NCBI RefSeq assembly: GCF_009834535.1
Contig: NC_045696.1
Span: forward strand, 112,532,001 to 112,596,000
Direction of reading: 5' to 3'
Source of the DNA: Camelus ferus
Taxonomy: Eukaryota
DNA: 64,000 bases
The notes below the pieces were generated by a model, which searched no databases, was not told the DNA's origin, and worked only from the letters and a program-made list of their open reading frames with translations. This document shows positions 10,969-24,830 of the stretch, in pieces; position 1 is the first letter of the stretch, and each line of letters opens with the position of its first letter. Made by a program: the position numbers and the translations under genes.

Positions 10969-13900
10969 TGTATACAGAAGACCCAACTGCAGTGAGAAAT
11001 TGTCTGAATAAAGTGTTTGATGGAGCCCCTGGCAGTTTTAGAGTTTCCTTTCTACGTGAAACCACAGAGGAATCAGAGCCTTTCCCCCCCTCCACATTGC
11101 CCCTTTCCTCCCTTTAGCTGACCTGGGTCCTAGGATTTGCCTTGGAATCTTGGAATGGAAAAGAAGCTTCATATCATCTGGGGCATATGTGCATTTGGGT
11201 AGGGAGGCATTGCTGGGAAAAGGTAGTAAGGATGGAAAATGGGATAAAGAGGGACACAGTCCCCACTTAGCCTTGGAGTTAGGGCAAGTTTGGGCTCCTG
11301 GGTGGGCTCTTTGGGCAAGTCACTTGTGTCACTAGGCCCTCTCCAGCTCACTGCACTGCAAACAGAGGTGAGTTCACGTCCACCTAGAAAATCAAACTGA
11401 GTGGCAACTAGTTGTTTCTGGCAGAAAATGGAAAATTGTTACTGAGAAAGATAAAAGGGCAAAAAATATAGAGAGGAAGGAAGACAGGAGTTTATTTTTC
11501 ATTGCCAGATGATATATCTGTTTTACCAGTTATTAAAAACCAGGGCATGTCTCAAATGAGACAATTACTTTTTGAAACGATATCCTTAAATTATACAAAA
11601 AGATGAATCTCACATTCTTTTATAGACAATAGTCAAGTAAGATTTATTTTTCACTTCTCGTGACAGCTTCAACAGTCCTAGAAGACGCACACTGAAGATT
11701 GACCCAGACTCCTTGTACGTCTTTAACCCAGGGATGGCCTTTTTCCCTCAGAATTTTGGCAAAGAACACCCTACACACTCCACAGCATTTAATTAACCAG
11801 AGACCATTCTCAAGTACACTTAATTACAGGTCAGTATTCTGACTATATAAATCATGGAAAAGGAAAGGAAATGACACAAAAGCCCTAGACTAATATAATT
11901 TATAGCTATCTGAACTAACACAAGGAAAGAATGGTACTGTGCTATAATTAAAGATTAGGTTAGTGCCAAAAATCATAATTTTCTGCCTGACTTTCAAAGC
12001 AAATGTCATGTTAATGATAGTTAACTTCTGATTACGCAGGGATGATTATATATGGTTTGTGGATTATCTATGCCCTCATTTTCTTTCCCTCTTCCTCATG
12101 TTGCTTTATTGCTAATTAATCCTTCTATCAGAATTCTGATTAAGGAGAGGAAGAGAAGTAGAAAATCAAATTAGTCATTTGGGCTGATTGTTAGCTGCCT
12201 TGGATAAGAGTCTTGGTTAAGCTGATGTGAAAAATGCCTTTCTGGACTTCAGTTCTTTACAGTACTTCCCGACTTTTTCACTAAGATTATCTGAAGCTGC
12301 GTATCCTGGAAGGCATAATGTTATGTTATCAATTATAGCCTGGAGGCATTTTTATTTTATTGTGTGACCTGAGGTCCCAAAGCAGAAAATTCAGAAAAAT
12401 TCTTCACTCAACATACTCGTTTGTAAAACAGAGTCTCAGGGATCATTCTGTACTGCAGTCACCATCCCACATCTCAAAATTATGATGCTAATAGAATGTA
12501 TCCTGTGCAAACATGGACAGGGCAACACAACTACAAAATGAAAACAAATTTAGAAGAGGGATTCTAGAATATAATAATATAATTCTGAGACCCTAAGAGA
12601 GTTTTTTTTTTTTAAATTTTGGGTCTTAAGCAACTACACTATTTTCCAGGAGACACCCAGATCCTCCCAAATAATGATTCAACTTACATCTTCTCCTAAA
12701 AGATCATGAACCAAATTCACCTACTCTGTGCCAATTCACCAGTGATGAAATCAAGAAAAGATTAACACTGAGTAGAAACAATGAACAATCAGACAGAGCC
12801 CTCTGCCAATGGGCCTGTGATAAACACCCGCCAGCAGGCTGTTCAGTTAGGATTCTGCCGTATTCGAGTCATCACATAAGGAGGTGCAAACAATCCAATG
12901 TCTGCATCTAAACGAGATTCCCTTATCCTGCCAGGCCTGCTTGAGAACATTCCCCCCATTTCCTAACCTACCTCGTCCTCCCCTAGCAGGTGGCAGCCTA
13001 TTCCATGACCTGAAGGATATGAAAAATCAGCACAAACCTCATTTTCCAGTATCTGCCCTCAGAGTTCGAGGTGTGATGCTTCCAAGCATTAACAACAGAT
13101 TTTAAAAAGTAAACTCACTTCTGTGAAATCAGAGCAGGCCGCAGTTGCAGGTTGCAAGGATTAAAGTAAGGAAGGCTGAGAGAGAGCACAGAGCTTGCAC
13201 AAGGTGGGTTCCGGGCTTTCAGACGGCCATAGTTTTTGGTTTTGTTTTTAAGGCATTTTGTTTGTTTTCCTTGGAGGTTGTTACACTTACTGCTTCTCCG
13301 AGAGGGAAAGGAATTAAGGGCGGTTTTCCTTTTGTGACTACTGGCGCTCAGTGGGATGTGTAGGTACAGAATGACATAATGCCTTTGTTCTATACGTAAA
13401 TGTAACAAAGCAATTTGACTTCCGCTTAAAACCTGCAACAGAGTATGAAAGTGCCTTATGGATTAAATTAGCCAGCTCCAGCCCATTACTGAGCTTTATG
13501 AAGAAAATGACAAAACATTAATAAACAGCCGCCTTTTCAAAAACACCCACCTCTGGAAAACATAAGTTAATGCAGTCACGGTCCAAAAGGAATGTAAACC
13601 AATATTATAATACCACATGATATGGTTCGTTAAACACTTCAAGTCTTTAGGGTGCTTTTCGGAATTGCAAAATATTTCTGTCATCTCCCACTGTAATTTG
13701 GTGCTCCAAAATACCATTAACTTTTAAATGTACCAATTTGCTTTTTTGCTGCTTGATAAATCTTGTTTGTCATTCACAGGCTCTAAATTTATTTTATACT
13801 TGATGATAGCTCACTCAAAACTTTTTCCCATGCAGCAAATTCCTCCATAAAAAACTTGAAAATGAAATGACATTTGGTCCTAACAATACAGGAATACAGC

Positions 13901-16749
13901 CAGGCATTTTCTTGTTTGATATTCAAATGGACAGAATTATCTCTGGTAGGAAAAATTATTCACATTTTGATTATGGAAGCAACCCAAACACTTACTAAAA
14001 CTCAGAATAGCTATAGCATAAGAGGTGTGAAATGTTTCATTTCATGCCTTAGACTACAAAAGGACAGAAGTTTCTATCAACAGAGACTTCAGGCTTATCT
14101 ATCTACAGTTTATAAACCAAGACCAAATCCAACGTAATGAAAGTAAAAAGTTCAGAGTCTGTGGTATGATTCCCTCAGCAGACATGTAAATAAGAAAGGC
14201 AAAAGCAGTTTAAATCTTCAAAGTCCTCCAAACAATACATTAGAAAGAGCTATTCTTGCCAGAAAGATCTTCCAGATGAGCTCTGGGTTACACTGACTCA
14301 GACTGAGACATGCGGGTAACCCTTCCACCCCTTGGCCAGCGTGGTAGGTGAACAGTCATCAGACTAACAACCATGAATTCATGGCATCTGATTTTTCACT
14401 CCGGAGAGAGCCACAAAGCAATGGCTTCGCCTTTACCGCGCTCTAGCTAGCTGGGACCAAGGACACAGCTGAATTCCACAAGTCATGATGAACACAAAAA
14501 CGCAGACAATACCTTTTGGCAAAATAACAATTGAAATCACTCCATTATTTATCATTATGTCCTTCAAAGGGAACTTCCCTGAGAAGCTGGGAAGTCTCCT
14601 TAACAAAACAAAAAACTCGTTTTCCGAAGGTTCCAAGGATATTAAAAAGTTTTCCATTCTTTTTAGAGTGTATGTAGTTTATGACCTAACTGGAAAACAC
14701 AAAGAAATATAAACATGTATCTACATGTTTATGTGTAGTTGAGTTTATAATGCCAATAGTTTGCTTTATAATGTTTTGTCTCATGCTTTCTTACTAGATT
14801 ACATCTTTATATACTACAAAAGAAAGACAAAGGGATTGTGAAAAAAAGTGTTCATAAAAAATCTACTTATTGATATTCTGCTTTACTTTTCAAATAAATC
14901 GTTTTAAAATTTGCTAAGTTGGCCACTGTATAAATAATAAGGCTTCTGGCTCCTAGAGCAGTTGTGCCTCTGAGTGTTCTAGAACCATCCTGCTTGTGAC
15001 AAACTCAGCTGGAGATGCATGTGCTAGGTGTGGTCCCAATGTGCTCTAACCTCAAGTCCATACTGCCACTCCCCACGGGACAAGGTCGTGCTGTGAACAT
15101 TAAACTCTGCTCAGTGACAAGACTGTGAAAGGACAGCATCACTAAGAACCTTACAAAACTACCAAGTTCAAATGAATAACTCAATCTCATTTGAAACCGC
15201 TTCTTGAAAAATTCTTTCTCAGTGTTCAAAAACAACATGGAAGGAATTTGTTTTAAAAGCTTAGAAAAACAATGTAAAACATGTAAAGTATTCTTTCCTA
15301 ATACATTCATATTTTAAACACTCATTATTTTCAGGAAGATCTGTAAAGAAAATTTTCAGTGAAATACAATTGTTGTTATTGGTCTTTTTCCTCAGTCAGT
15401 AGCCCAAAATTCTACTTTAAGAGACTGAAACAATGTACATATTTTATCCTTGCTTTTTAAAAAAAGATTCATATGGAGGCAAACAACATTAAATTGTTTG
15501 TTTGTTCAATTAGGCGCCTTCTTTCTTTGTAAAAATTATTTTCCCTTTATTTATGACATTCTGGCCTCACATTGAAATGTCACAAATCTGAATTATATTT
15601 TATTTAAATTTTCTGAAAGAAGATACATTTCTTTGCCTCCTTAAATGAACCTTCTAGTTCTCTCATTTAAGGATATTTTATCAGTAAACAAATTATATAG
15701 GCTTCTTCTCTTCCGTAATTGTTAATTACTTTCTCTGAGCAGAGAGAGAAATAAAAGTAGAAGAGAGATTAGCACCTCCATAAATTCTCAGTCAGTGGTG
15801 GTTTTCCCAATCGAAGTAGCAATTAATTATGATTTAATCCCGCTGGATATTTCTTGCTTATTTAATAAATAACATTTTTCTGGCCCCATATCAAAACCTC
15901 TGACAAACAGTCTCTCTGAATAACTTGCTGAGTACAATACTATTTGTCCTCATTTTATTTTTTTTAAGTACTGAAAATATCAAAGTAGATAAATCTGATA
16001 AACTGAGCCTATGATAAACATACAGAAGACTTTGAGCCTGCTGGAAAATTACAACAGAAATATTCAATATACAGCTATATCTATGAATATGTATAAAAAA
16101 TGTGTGCATATGTATATACTTAGAACACATTAAAATGCATGTTTAATGAGCTCTTTGGAGCTGCTATTGAATATGAACTTAACATCAATAAAAATGATAA
16201 AACAAAACATACATAAGCGCCTTCAACAATTCTAGCAGGTAGAAGTCACTGCACAATGAGAGCTTGTGCACACATCTGTGCCTGATGGCCCATGCCCTCA
16301 CTCTGTGGCTGGGGTGCTGGAGGAGGAGAGAGGCCGGCTCAGTTCTAGAACTGTGACTCTCAGACCTCTGGGAGATTCTGCCTTCCTGCCCATTCTCCCT
16401 GCTTGTCCTCCTGGGTGAGAAGGCCAAGCTCTGAGGCTCATCACCTCCCTCTCAACAGAGCATGTGGTACATGGAATAGATAAATAATAATAATAATTTT
16501 TTTTAATTTTTGTTCTTTAAGCAGGCTCCAAAACTTGGGAATTTTGGTTTACTGTGGAAATCAAAGGTATCCAAAGATATAGCTTGGCACTCAGTTGGAA
16601 TCCCCTCAACTTTTCTATCAAATAGTTTTGTGGAAGGAGATAGAAATTTGGAAACATAAGTCCAGAAACCGACTGAATGGTCAATGGTCTCCAAACAACT
16701 AAGAGAAAGACAGAGCCAGAATGGACATTCTCTGGCTTCATGATAGCAA

Positions 16750-17300
16750 ATGAGTGTCAGTCGACAAATCCTTGCTTAACTCCTGCTATTTATCAGCAGG
16801 GCTGCCCTGTACTGTTGTGCCAGTGGGCACTGCCCAAATCCCGAGGTCACCATTTACATCATAGACTAGGGGAAACCATAGACAGATGCACATGAAGATG
16901 CCTACAAAGGCAGGTGAGAAGTTTACAGGAGTGTTCAGTGCACATTTCTGTGACCATACCTATCAGTCCTTTGTACCAGACATGGTACTGGACCCTGGAT
17001 TATGTACACAAATCAGACAGCTCCCTGCAAACTTCAGAGAACAGATGACATTTAATCTGGTCTTGATAGATCTGTAGAACCAGGGTTGAGCAAAGAGAAG
17101 TCAAGATCACTGAGGTATAAAACCAAACCGCCTACTCAGGCCACTGGGATATATTACGCTTCTTGTATTCTAGCCATACTGGAAGTGCAGAGAAATAAGG
17201 TGGGAAATAAACAAGGCCAAATGAAGTAAAGTCTTAAATAACATGCCAGGAAGTACAATGTTTTCCCTTATGTGGTTAGAGGTGGGGGAGTTTTCAGGCA
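16750..17300 (-). mobile_element. L2 LINE fragment, interrupted by a MITE
   Basis: Reverse L2 3' motifs: tgtaccagacatggtactggaccctgg...acagctccctgc; ttttcaggcagg. Confidence 0.55.
16797..16971. mobile_element. hAT-type MITE with imperfect terminal inverted repeats
   Basis: Start cagggctgccctgtactgttgtgccagtgggcactg versus reverse complement of end aaggactgataggtatggtcacagaaatgtgcactg. Confidence 0.5.
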
Positions 17301-17325
17301 GGAAAAAAGAGAAATAATTGGGTAT

Positions 17326-17380
17326 ATGCTCAAAAAATTGACACATTGTAACTGATTATACTTCAATAAAATAAAAAATA
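17326..17380 (+). mobile_element. Extreme 3' tip of camelid-type L1
   Basis: aaattgacacattgtaactgattatacttcaataaaataaaaa matches the ends of the L1s at 37289 and 43258. Confidence 0.75.
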
Positions 17381-17454
17381 TATATATGCATGGAGAATGG
17401 AGGCATTAATCCTGGGAATCAGTGGCTTTCCCCAAATTATTCTCAACTCAATGA

Positions 17455-17680
17455 GGCATAGTCATGTAGTTAGATGTGTGGACTGTGGAGCTGGGTTAGA
17501 ATCCCAGTTCCTCTAACTTACAAGTTGTATGATCTTTAGCAAATTACTTAACTTGTTGGTATTCAAGTTGCTTCACTTTTACGGGAGGCATACCTCACAG
17601 GGTCACTTTAAGGATTAAGTAGTTAATATCTTAAAAGCATTTAGAACAATGTCTGGCACAGAGTAAGCAGCACCTAAGGA
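17455..17680 (+). mobile_element. MIR SINE
   Basis: ctgggttagaatcccagttc...caaattacttaac...acctcacagggt...aggattaag...tttagaacaatgtctggcacagagtaagc. Confidence 0.8.
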
Positions 17681-20600
17681 TATGATAAACAAGTATTCAT
17701 TGAACTCCTGTCACATGCCAGGCATTGGAGATGAAAGGATACAAAAGACAGACAAAGAACCACCTGCTCTGATGGAAGTTATAGCAAAGCAACATCCAAG
17801 GCCCCACTGAATGGTTTTCATTGGTTTCCTTTAATGATTGTGAATTAAAATTACTTTGGTTTGGGGAATTTTGTGGAGAATTTTAAGACCGTAAGTACCA
17901 CCATATTTTGCAATTCCAACAGGACTCGTAGACACAAAGTTAATGGTGGTAAAGCTTCTGCCCCTCAATGTATCTACCTCCCCTTTCATTCAGAGTCATC
18001 AAAGGGTAAGACCCCCAGCACGCGGCCCTCACAGGAGAGCTCTACGCACTCTGCCTAAATGCAGACAGCTGTTGTGTTATAATTTGACTTTATGCTTCCT
18101 CCTGTCATTAATTCTGTTTTAATAGACCTGTTTCTGTTTTCAGTGTGTCAGAATGTTCTTTGACAGTATGACCTATCAAAAATAAAAAAACTTGTCACTG
18201 CTATTTTGTTCATTCAAATTAAAATATTCTGTATCAAAATAGATTCCAGAATGCTGTCAACATCCTTTTGAAAAAAAAATACCTGGACTTGGACTTACTG
18301 GACTATCATATTGTGCTAGATTATTATGAACAATGAGAAATGAAAAAAATAAGTGAGAACAGCATATTAAAATAGGTGGAATGAGATATACATTATTCTC
18401 CATAATTATTGAGGAGCATTCTTCATAGTTACTCCTTCATAATTATTATTTTTCGTAATTGTTAAGAAATTGTTTCTTAAGGAATCGCTCCAAAGCAGCA
18501 GCACTGCCCAGGCATTAGCAGCAGGCCGTACTGATTAGGTAAACACTGGCTTTGGGTAGAGTTTGGAGGTTTTGGTTCCTTTAGAAGGTGCTAAGGAGCA
18601 GAGCTGAGAGATAGAATAAAAAGAGAGAAGACAGAATTTAGGAATCTTGCTGCTAGAAATGAACTATAAATGACTGTGTTTTTTTTACCCTACATCTTAA
18701 GAATCTAGTGTGGTGTTTATAATTAGGTAAGGGGATTCAACAATTATTTGCATAATGAATGAATAATGACCAGTGTTTTGTTGGCTTTTCTTGCCTAAAA
18801 TCTCATTTTCAAACAGCAAAATAAAACTGCTCTTCCTTGCTCTTTCAGAAGTGATAGTTCCAAACCATCATATTATAAACTACAGCTCAGGACGTTTTTC
18901 CCCTTAAAATGCATTTTTATTGAATATCATCAGTCACTTTTCTGCTTACTCTCAGAGCATGGTGAGATCTTCCTATAATTTATCTGTAAGAATAGCTAGT
19001 GTAATGTGCAAACGCAGAGATTTCACTATGCACTCTAACTTCCAAATCATTTATTAAAATATTAAGTAAGGCTGGTACCCAGGTTCATCTCTTAAGGGAT
19101 TCCATTAGTAACCTGTTGTCCTCACACTGTTTTCTCTTGAGATACTTGAAAATACTTTCTATTTATAAATGTGTTCGCTAATTAAATTAAATATCTCATT
19201 TTCAAAGGCTACAGTAAGTTTGACTTAATGGTAGTTGCGAAAATATTCATATTGCTGCTTTTACCCCATGTCTTTTCTAAAGCACTTTTTTTCTAAACAA
19301 ACAGGCATTTCACTGTATACAGTAAAGACGAGGAGAAAACATGATCTCTACACTGACAGTGATCATTTCTAGGTAGTAAGATTCTTTTTTTCTTTTTTAA
19401 GGTTTGCTCTGAGTACATAGCTATTTTTTGAAACACAACAACCCAATTTCTAGGAATTACTAATGCAAAATGAGGATGATTTGTTATACCAGATTATTTA
19501 GAAGCAATACAGGTAGTCTAAGAAATAATAAGAAAAATGCTCCTCTAATTGGAGGGAGTCTGAGTGAGAATTTGGAGGCTGAGAGCGTGAGTTAACTACA
19601 AGTGTCTATCTGTGCAGGAACAGGTAGATCTTATTTAGCTGTCTAAAAGACCCCAGAAAGCACCACCAGACAGTGAGATAACACTTTTTGCTGAGAAAGA
19701 ACCTTAACATTGAAAAACCAGAATAACAAAATAAGAACTTTGATCATTGAGTCCAAGTTTAAAATTAAGACTGTAGGAACAATCACTTAGCTTAAAGAAA
19801 AAAACCTTTAAAATTGGGGAAAAAATCATTAAATACAAAAAAAAATTCAAGAGTTAAGGAGGAGTTCAAGAGTTGTCTGTTGCCCTCAGATTTTTTCATC
19901 TTTATATATGATAATGCACTGAAAGTTGTTAAAAGTGTACTTACTACATGGGTTAGACTTTCGTACAAGCATGGATTGCATTTTTGGTATGTAATAGATG
20001 GATCATACTTTTGGTACAAAAAGCGTTTGATCTTTCAAATCTTGTCCACTAAGACCAGGGACATCTTCATAAGAGGTTAATTAACCCTTTCATTTATAAC
20101 ACTGTATAAGCCATGCTTTCAAAACCACAGGTTCCTTTGTATGCTTCTGGGTTCTGGCCACACATCTTAAGCACTATCAGAGTTAACTGCAAACACTCAA
20201 GTGTTTAAGACTTGATAAACAAGAGGATGTTACACAGAGCTTTCAACCAGATACAACCCCAACCAAAGACAATGATCACGGCTACTGTATCCCATTGTTG
20301 TGTGAAAGTCACGTGGGCTGCAGGATTACCTCATGTGAAAACAGTTCCACTACATGCAATTTTTCTATTATCCTTTCAGGGACACTGGAGTACATAACTC
20401 ACTTGGGGACTCAGAACTGGGGAACTCAGAACAAGTTAAGTGATTCCTATGTAATGAGAAATAAATTTAATGATAATTAAGCTCCTTCGTGGAAATTTCC
20501 AGGTTTCATTGTTTTCTATATAGATCCATGAATCTAGTTAAATATCATAGTCATTGTATGAAGTATGTAATTGGATACTCTACGGACAAAGATGGCTCTA

Positions 20601-21627
20601 CAAGACAAGTGGAATCTGAGGATGAGGGCGGTTAGGGTAAGAACATTACTAGATTAATCTATCCCGCTGGGCTAGTAATGGGAGGGTCATGGGAGTGTGT
20701 TTTCATCTTTAAGGGTCTTGTGTTACTCTGTAAATTAATGGAAGCAACCTTCACTAGCTCTTGTTTGGAAGTTCAGCTGAGTTATGGCAAGAAAATATTA
20801 AGACTGGCCCTTTCCCTTAATTTCTTAAGCCAAACAGATTGGCTTGAGAATAGGGTAGTGATGGAATAGCACATTAAGTCTCATTTGGGTAATTTATCCT
20901 GATCTAACAATAAACTATTTGAACAGTATAATTTGTTCTTACAACAGCCTAGAATATAGCACCCAGGGGCTTTGGTTTTCAAAAGCACACTCTAAACTTA
21001 CTTAACGCTTGCCCGTTGTCTTCCCCAGCCTGATAGATCCAAACACACACTCCTCAGTCTCACTACAAAAATAGCTCTTAATCTCTCTTTCCTTGGCAAC
21101 TCCATTTTCTCAATCAGGCTCAAACATTTTAAAGCCATCACCCACCCATCCTTCTTGTTTAATAGCGGTGTCACCTGTCACCAAGTCCTGGTGACTTGCC
21201 TACATTTCCAGTGATCTTTTAGCACCATCCACAGATAACTGTTCCTTTTCTCAATTCAGATGTATTTGCAGGTCAGAATTCTCTCTCCAGTACTGGAGAG
21301 CAAGGACTCCACAGCACCCCAGAATTCAGCGATGAGTTGCTGCGAAACAAAGCTTTATATTATTGGGATCCTATAGAATGTGAAATGCTAAGACATGCCT
21401 TCTTATTGATAACCTGCTCTATTTCCAAAAGACTGCAGGGGGCTTTCAAAACTATATACCATCATGAAAAGTCTTCTAAAAGGAGATCTCAAAAACAAAT
21501 ATGGCTGAATAGTAACAATGTAAACTTAGTGATGGGTAAGGGGAGTCTGTCATGTCTTCTGGGCTTTTATATGATTACTAGCATTTTACATTTAAAAATA
21601 AATTAAAAATGAATACGTGAGGAAGAT

Positions 21628-21706
21628 GGGGGATTACGCAGCGGTAGAATGGCTGTGTAGCATGCATGAGGTCCTGGGTTCAATCCCCAGCACCTCCATT
21701 TAAAAA
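21628..21706 (+). mobile_element. Vic-1-type tRNA-derived SINE (camelid)
   Basis: ggtaga...tagcatgcatgaggtcctgggttcaatccccagcacctcc with B-box GGTTCAATCC. Possible TSD aatgaatacgtga / gatgaataagtga. Confidence 0.85.
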
Positions 21707-21907
21707 AGATGAATAAGTGAAAATAATCTATTCTTGCATTTAGCAAGTATTTGAATGCCTTGTGTGTGCTGGGTAGAGTGGAAGGCTGTAGGGATATTAA
21801 GTTTTGTTTCATTAATGAATGCATACCTGAACCCTGGGGAAAGAAAGGTGAGAATAACAAGATGAAATCCTTGTTACTGTGCACTCATCCCTGGTCCAAA
21901 TGTTATT

Positions 21908-22110
21908 GGACTAGGGGTGCAGGGAGGATGCTATAGGAGTAGGTGAAAAGGGACTGCAATGTCTGTAGAGAATTTTAAAACAACTAAAAAAATACTTAGA
22001 AAAAAAAAAAGCTGTCTGCATTTTATTATCTCCATGCTTCAGCGATTCTAAACAATTTCAGTGAGAAACTACTCCTTGCCAGTGTCCCCTCGCCTCGGTA
22101 CATCACTAGT
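21908..22110 (+). mobile_element. Arthur1-type hAT-Tip100 short derivative
   Basis: tgcaatgtctgtagagaattttaaaacaa...gtctgcattttattatctccatgc...gattctaaacaatttcagtgagaaactactcc matches the recalled Arthur1 5' region. Confidence 0.75.
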
Positions 22111-22540
22111 CTGTGCAATTAAAGGCCACAATTCTTTTCTGAATGCCCAGAAAGCCATATCAGAGGCGCCCTAATCAAGGAATAGCATTCACCACCATGT
22201 CCCTTGCACAGGGAGTGCTTATCACAACCAGCACTGCCTGTATCAGGTCTGCCCTAAACAGTTCACACTCCCAACACCTTCACTCTAAACCTTGTTCCTG
22301 GGGTCAAGAACTTACTCTACAAGAAGTTAAGACTCTGGCCTAAATCACACCCAGCTGCTAGAACGAGGTTCTGAACCCAGGCCCTCTGGATTATGCCCTG
22401 CAAAGCATGATGCTGCGCTCCTCCCAGAATACAGGGCTGGGACTAGAACACTGACACATTCAAATGCACTAGGATAATATATTTGACAACACAGAGTTGT
22501 TATGTGGCTTTTTATGTACTGACAGCAGAAGTATTTAGAG

Positions 22541-22725
22541 CTGTGTTGCTTAATTCAGATCCACCAGCCACAAATGCCTCAAATTAAAATTAAATTAAAC
22601 ATTCACTTCCTCAGTCACACTGGTCACATTTCTAGTGTTCAGTTGCTGTGGATGGCCAGTGTACTGGACAATGCAGACACAGATCATTTCTATTACCATA
22701 GAAAGTCCTCTTGGACTGTTCTGTT
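22541..22725 (-). mobile_element. MER3 hAT-Charlie MITE
   Basis: aaattaaaattaaattaaa...ttcctcagtcacactggtcacatttc...tggacaatgcaga...catagaaagtcctcttggac. Confidence 0.8.
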
Positions 22726-24334
22726 CCAGAGTCTAAGGCTTTCTCAACCATGGGTCCTCAGCTGGGGCCAAGAATGCAGAAATTCCTCTAAATAAGTATT
22801 TTCACAAGTTTCTCAAAGATGGTATGCGGTCACTACCATTCAAGATGCGGGGGATGTCCTAGGACATTGGGGCTTCCTTCTTTCTAGGGACTCCCACTGA
22901 AAAGGGTGATTCTCAACTTCTACGAAACTGTAGAGCTTATGACTGTGGTTATTGGAGTACTGACAGGTGGAGTCTAGACCAGGCTGGGTCACCAGATTTT
23001 GCACCTGAACACATCATACAGCCTCTGGGGGCTTCAGTTGCTATTATGCAAAATGATAAAATTTGGCAAGCTGATTTCTAAGATCTCCTTCTGCTGAAAT
23101 TTTTTAAAAATCTACCAACACAGAAACCACCCTCCTCACCTCTTCCCACTCCTAATTGACTAAGTACTCTTACGTAAACATTCACCACAGCCTAGAAATA
23201 GGAGTAACTAGGTATTCCCTCCCACTCCACCAGTTTTTAAGCTTAGTCAGCTAGTAAAGTCTAGGTCTGGTCAGTCCCCTTTGTTTTCTCAAGACTTCTC
23301 AATAATTCCATGTGATTTGGCCAGCTGTCTTCAGGATTAAACAGCCTCCTTTAAGGTAATTCCTACACCTTACTCTGGGCAAAGGGTCTCTAAGGTTAAT
23401 GCTAAGTCTACTAGGGTTTATTCTTGATGCCTTTCCCAAGATTTCAAAAAAGCAAATTGTCAGAGCTGAGACTTTGCTTCTACGTGCTGCAGATTCAGAA
23501 TAGAAAAAAAAAAGAAGAAGAAAGAAAAAATGAATGCCTATATAAGGTTTTAAAATAACGATTCTATAATTATTGGTAGATCTCAGTGGATTTAGTACAT
23601 CACTAATTATACTGCATTACTGTCAAATGAATTCTTTTAGCATGATTAATGTTATTATGCCAAATCCCAAATTAATTCACAATGAGTATCTTAAAGTCTC
23701 AGCAATGCTTTAAAAGGAGGGGAAAAAAAAAGATGACAAATTAAGCTGGGCCATTATAGTGAAATAGGGAGAGGTTTGCTATTTAAGCACTTCAAATATA
23801 TCACTAGATTAACCTATATATTTATGAAGCACCCTTCTGATCTTAGTTCAGTTTCGCAGTAGATTTCCCAGCTGGGAAAATAATGTGCTAAATGAATAAC
23901 TCAAATACTCAGTCTCTTGACCTTTTACCCTTGTCTGAACATTTCTATTGTTTGTGTGTCTTTTGTTGTAACCTGCCACAAGCCATCATTTTGGAAGTCA
24001 GCAGGATATAAATAAAGAATCCAAGAACAAAGGAAAAATATAGTCTCTTTGTCAGTTAAGTTTTTTATTTATAATCACTCAGTTATATTTCGGATACATT
24101 TAGCCTTCTCCGGTTTCCCAGGATTTGGTTATCCCTGGCCAGGCTGACCAGGGAGACCCTGAAGGTTTAGACCCTGAGACACCTCCTCCTCTCCCCCTTT
24201 CAGGAGGAGATTGTCAGCGGAGCTGGAAGCAGCCAGCTGTAGCAATGAGCATTTAGTCTTTCTATTCTGAAGGAAAGGCTCTGTATTTCAAATCTGACCT
24301 ACCTTCTCTGCATCCTTTTCCACCATCCATGAAG

Positions 24335-24600
24335 CAGCCTAACGCAGTGATTAAGGGAGTAGGTTGGAGGTAGATACCTTGACTGTGTGTCTTGGCGCTC
24401 CCAAGCTGTCTGTGACTTTAAACAAAATACTGAGCTTCTATCAAACTCAGTTTCCTCACCTGTGAAATGGGAATAATAACGACCTCCTATAAATACCTAC
24501 TGCACAGGACTGTTGTGAAGATTGAATGGTTCAATAATAACTTGGCACGGTACCTAGAAAAGTTTAAGGGATCAATACAAGTTAGCTTTCATTATTATCT
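24335..24600 (+). mobile_element. MIR SINE
   Basis: gcagtgattaagggagt...ctcagtttcctcacctgtgaaatgggaataataa...tgttgtgaagattgaatg. Confidence 0.85.
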
Positions 24601-24659
24601 GTTCCCTGCAGGTGAAGGATAGTTAGCAGCAAAAAGCCAATATGGCCAACATCATCAGC

Positions 24660-24830
24660 AGTCGTCTCTCCTAATACAGAGTTCTATGTGCCAGTACTAT
24701 GTTAAGCACTTGGCAAACTATTCATTTAACCATATGTATCTTCATTTCCTGGGCTTACACAGACGCAGTGGCAGATTCAGGATTTGAACCAAGCTGGTTG
24801 AATTCTAGAGCCTGTGTGCTTAATCTTTGA
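24660..24830 (-). mobile_element. MIR SINE fragment
   Basis: ctatgtgccagtactatgttaagcactt...agtggcagattcaggatttgaacc...ctagagcctgtgtgcttaa. Confidence 0.7.
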
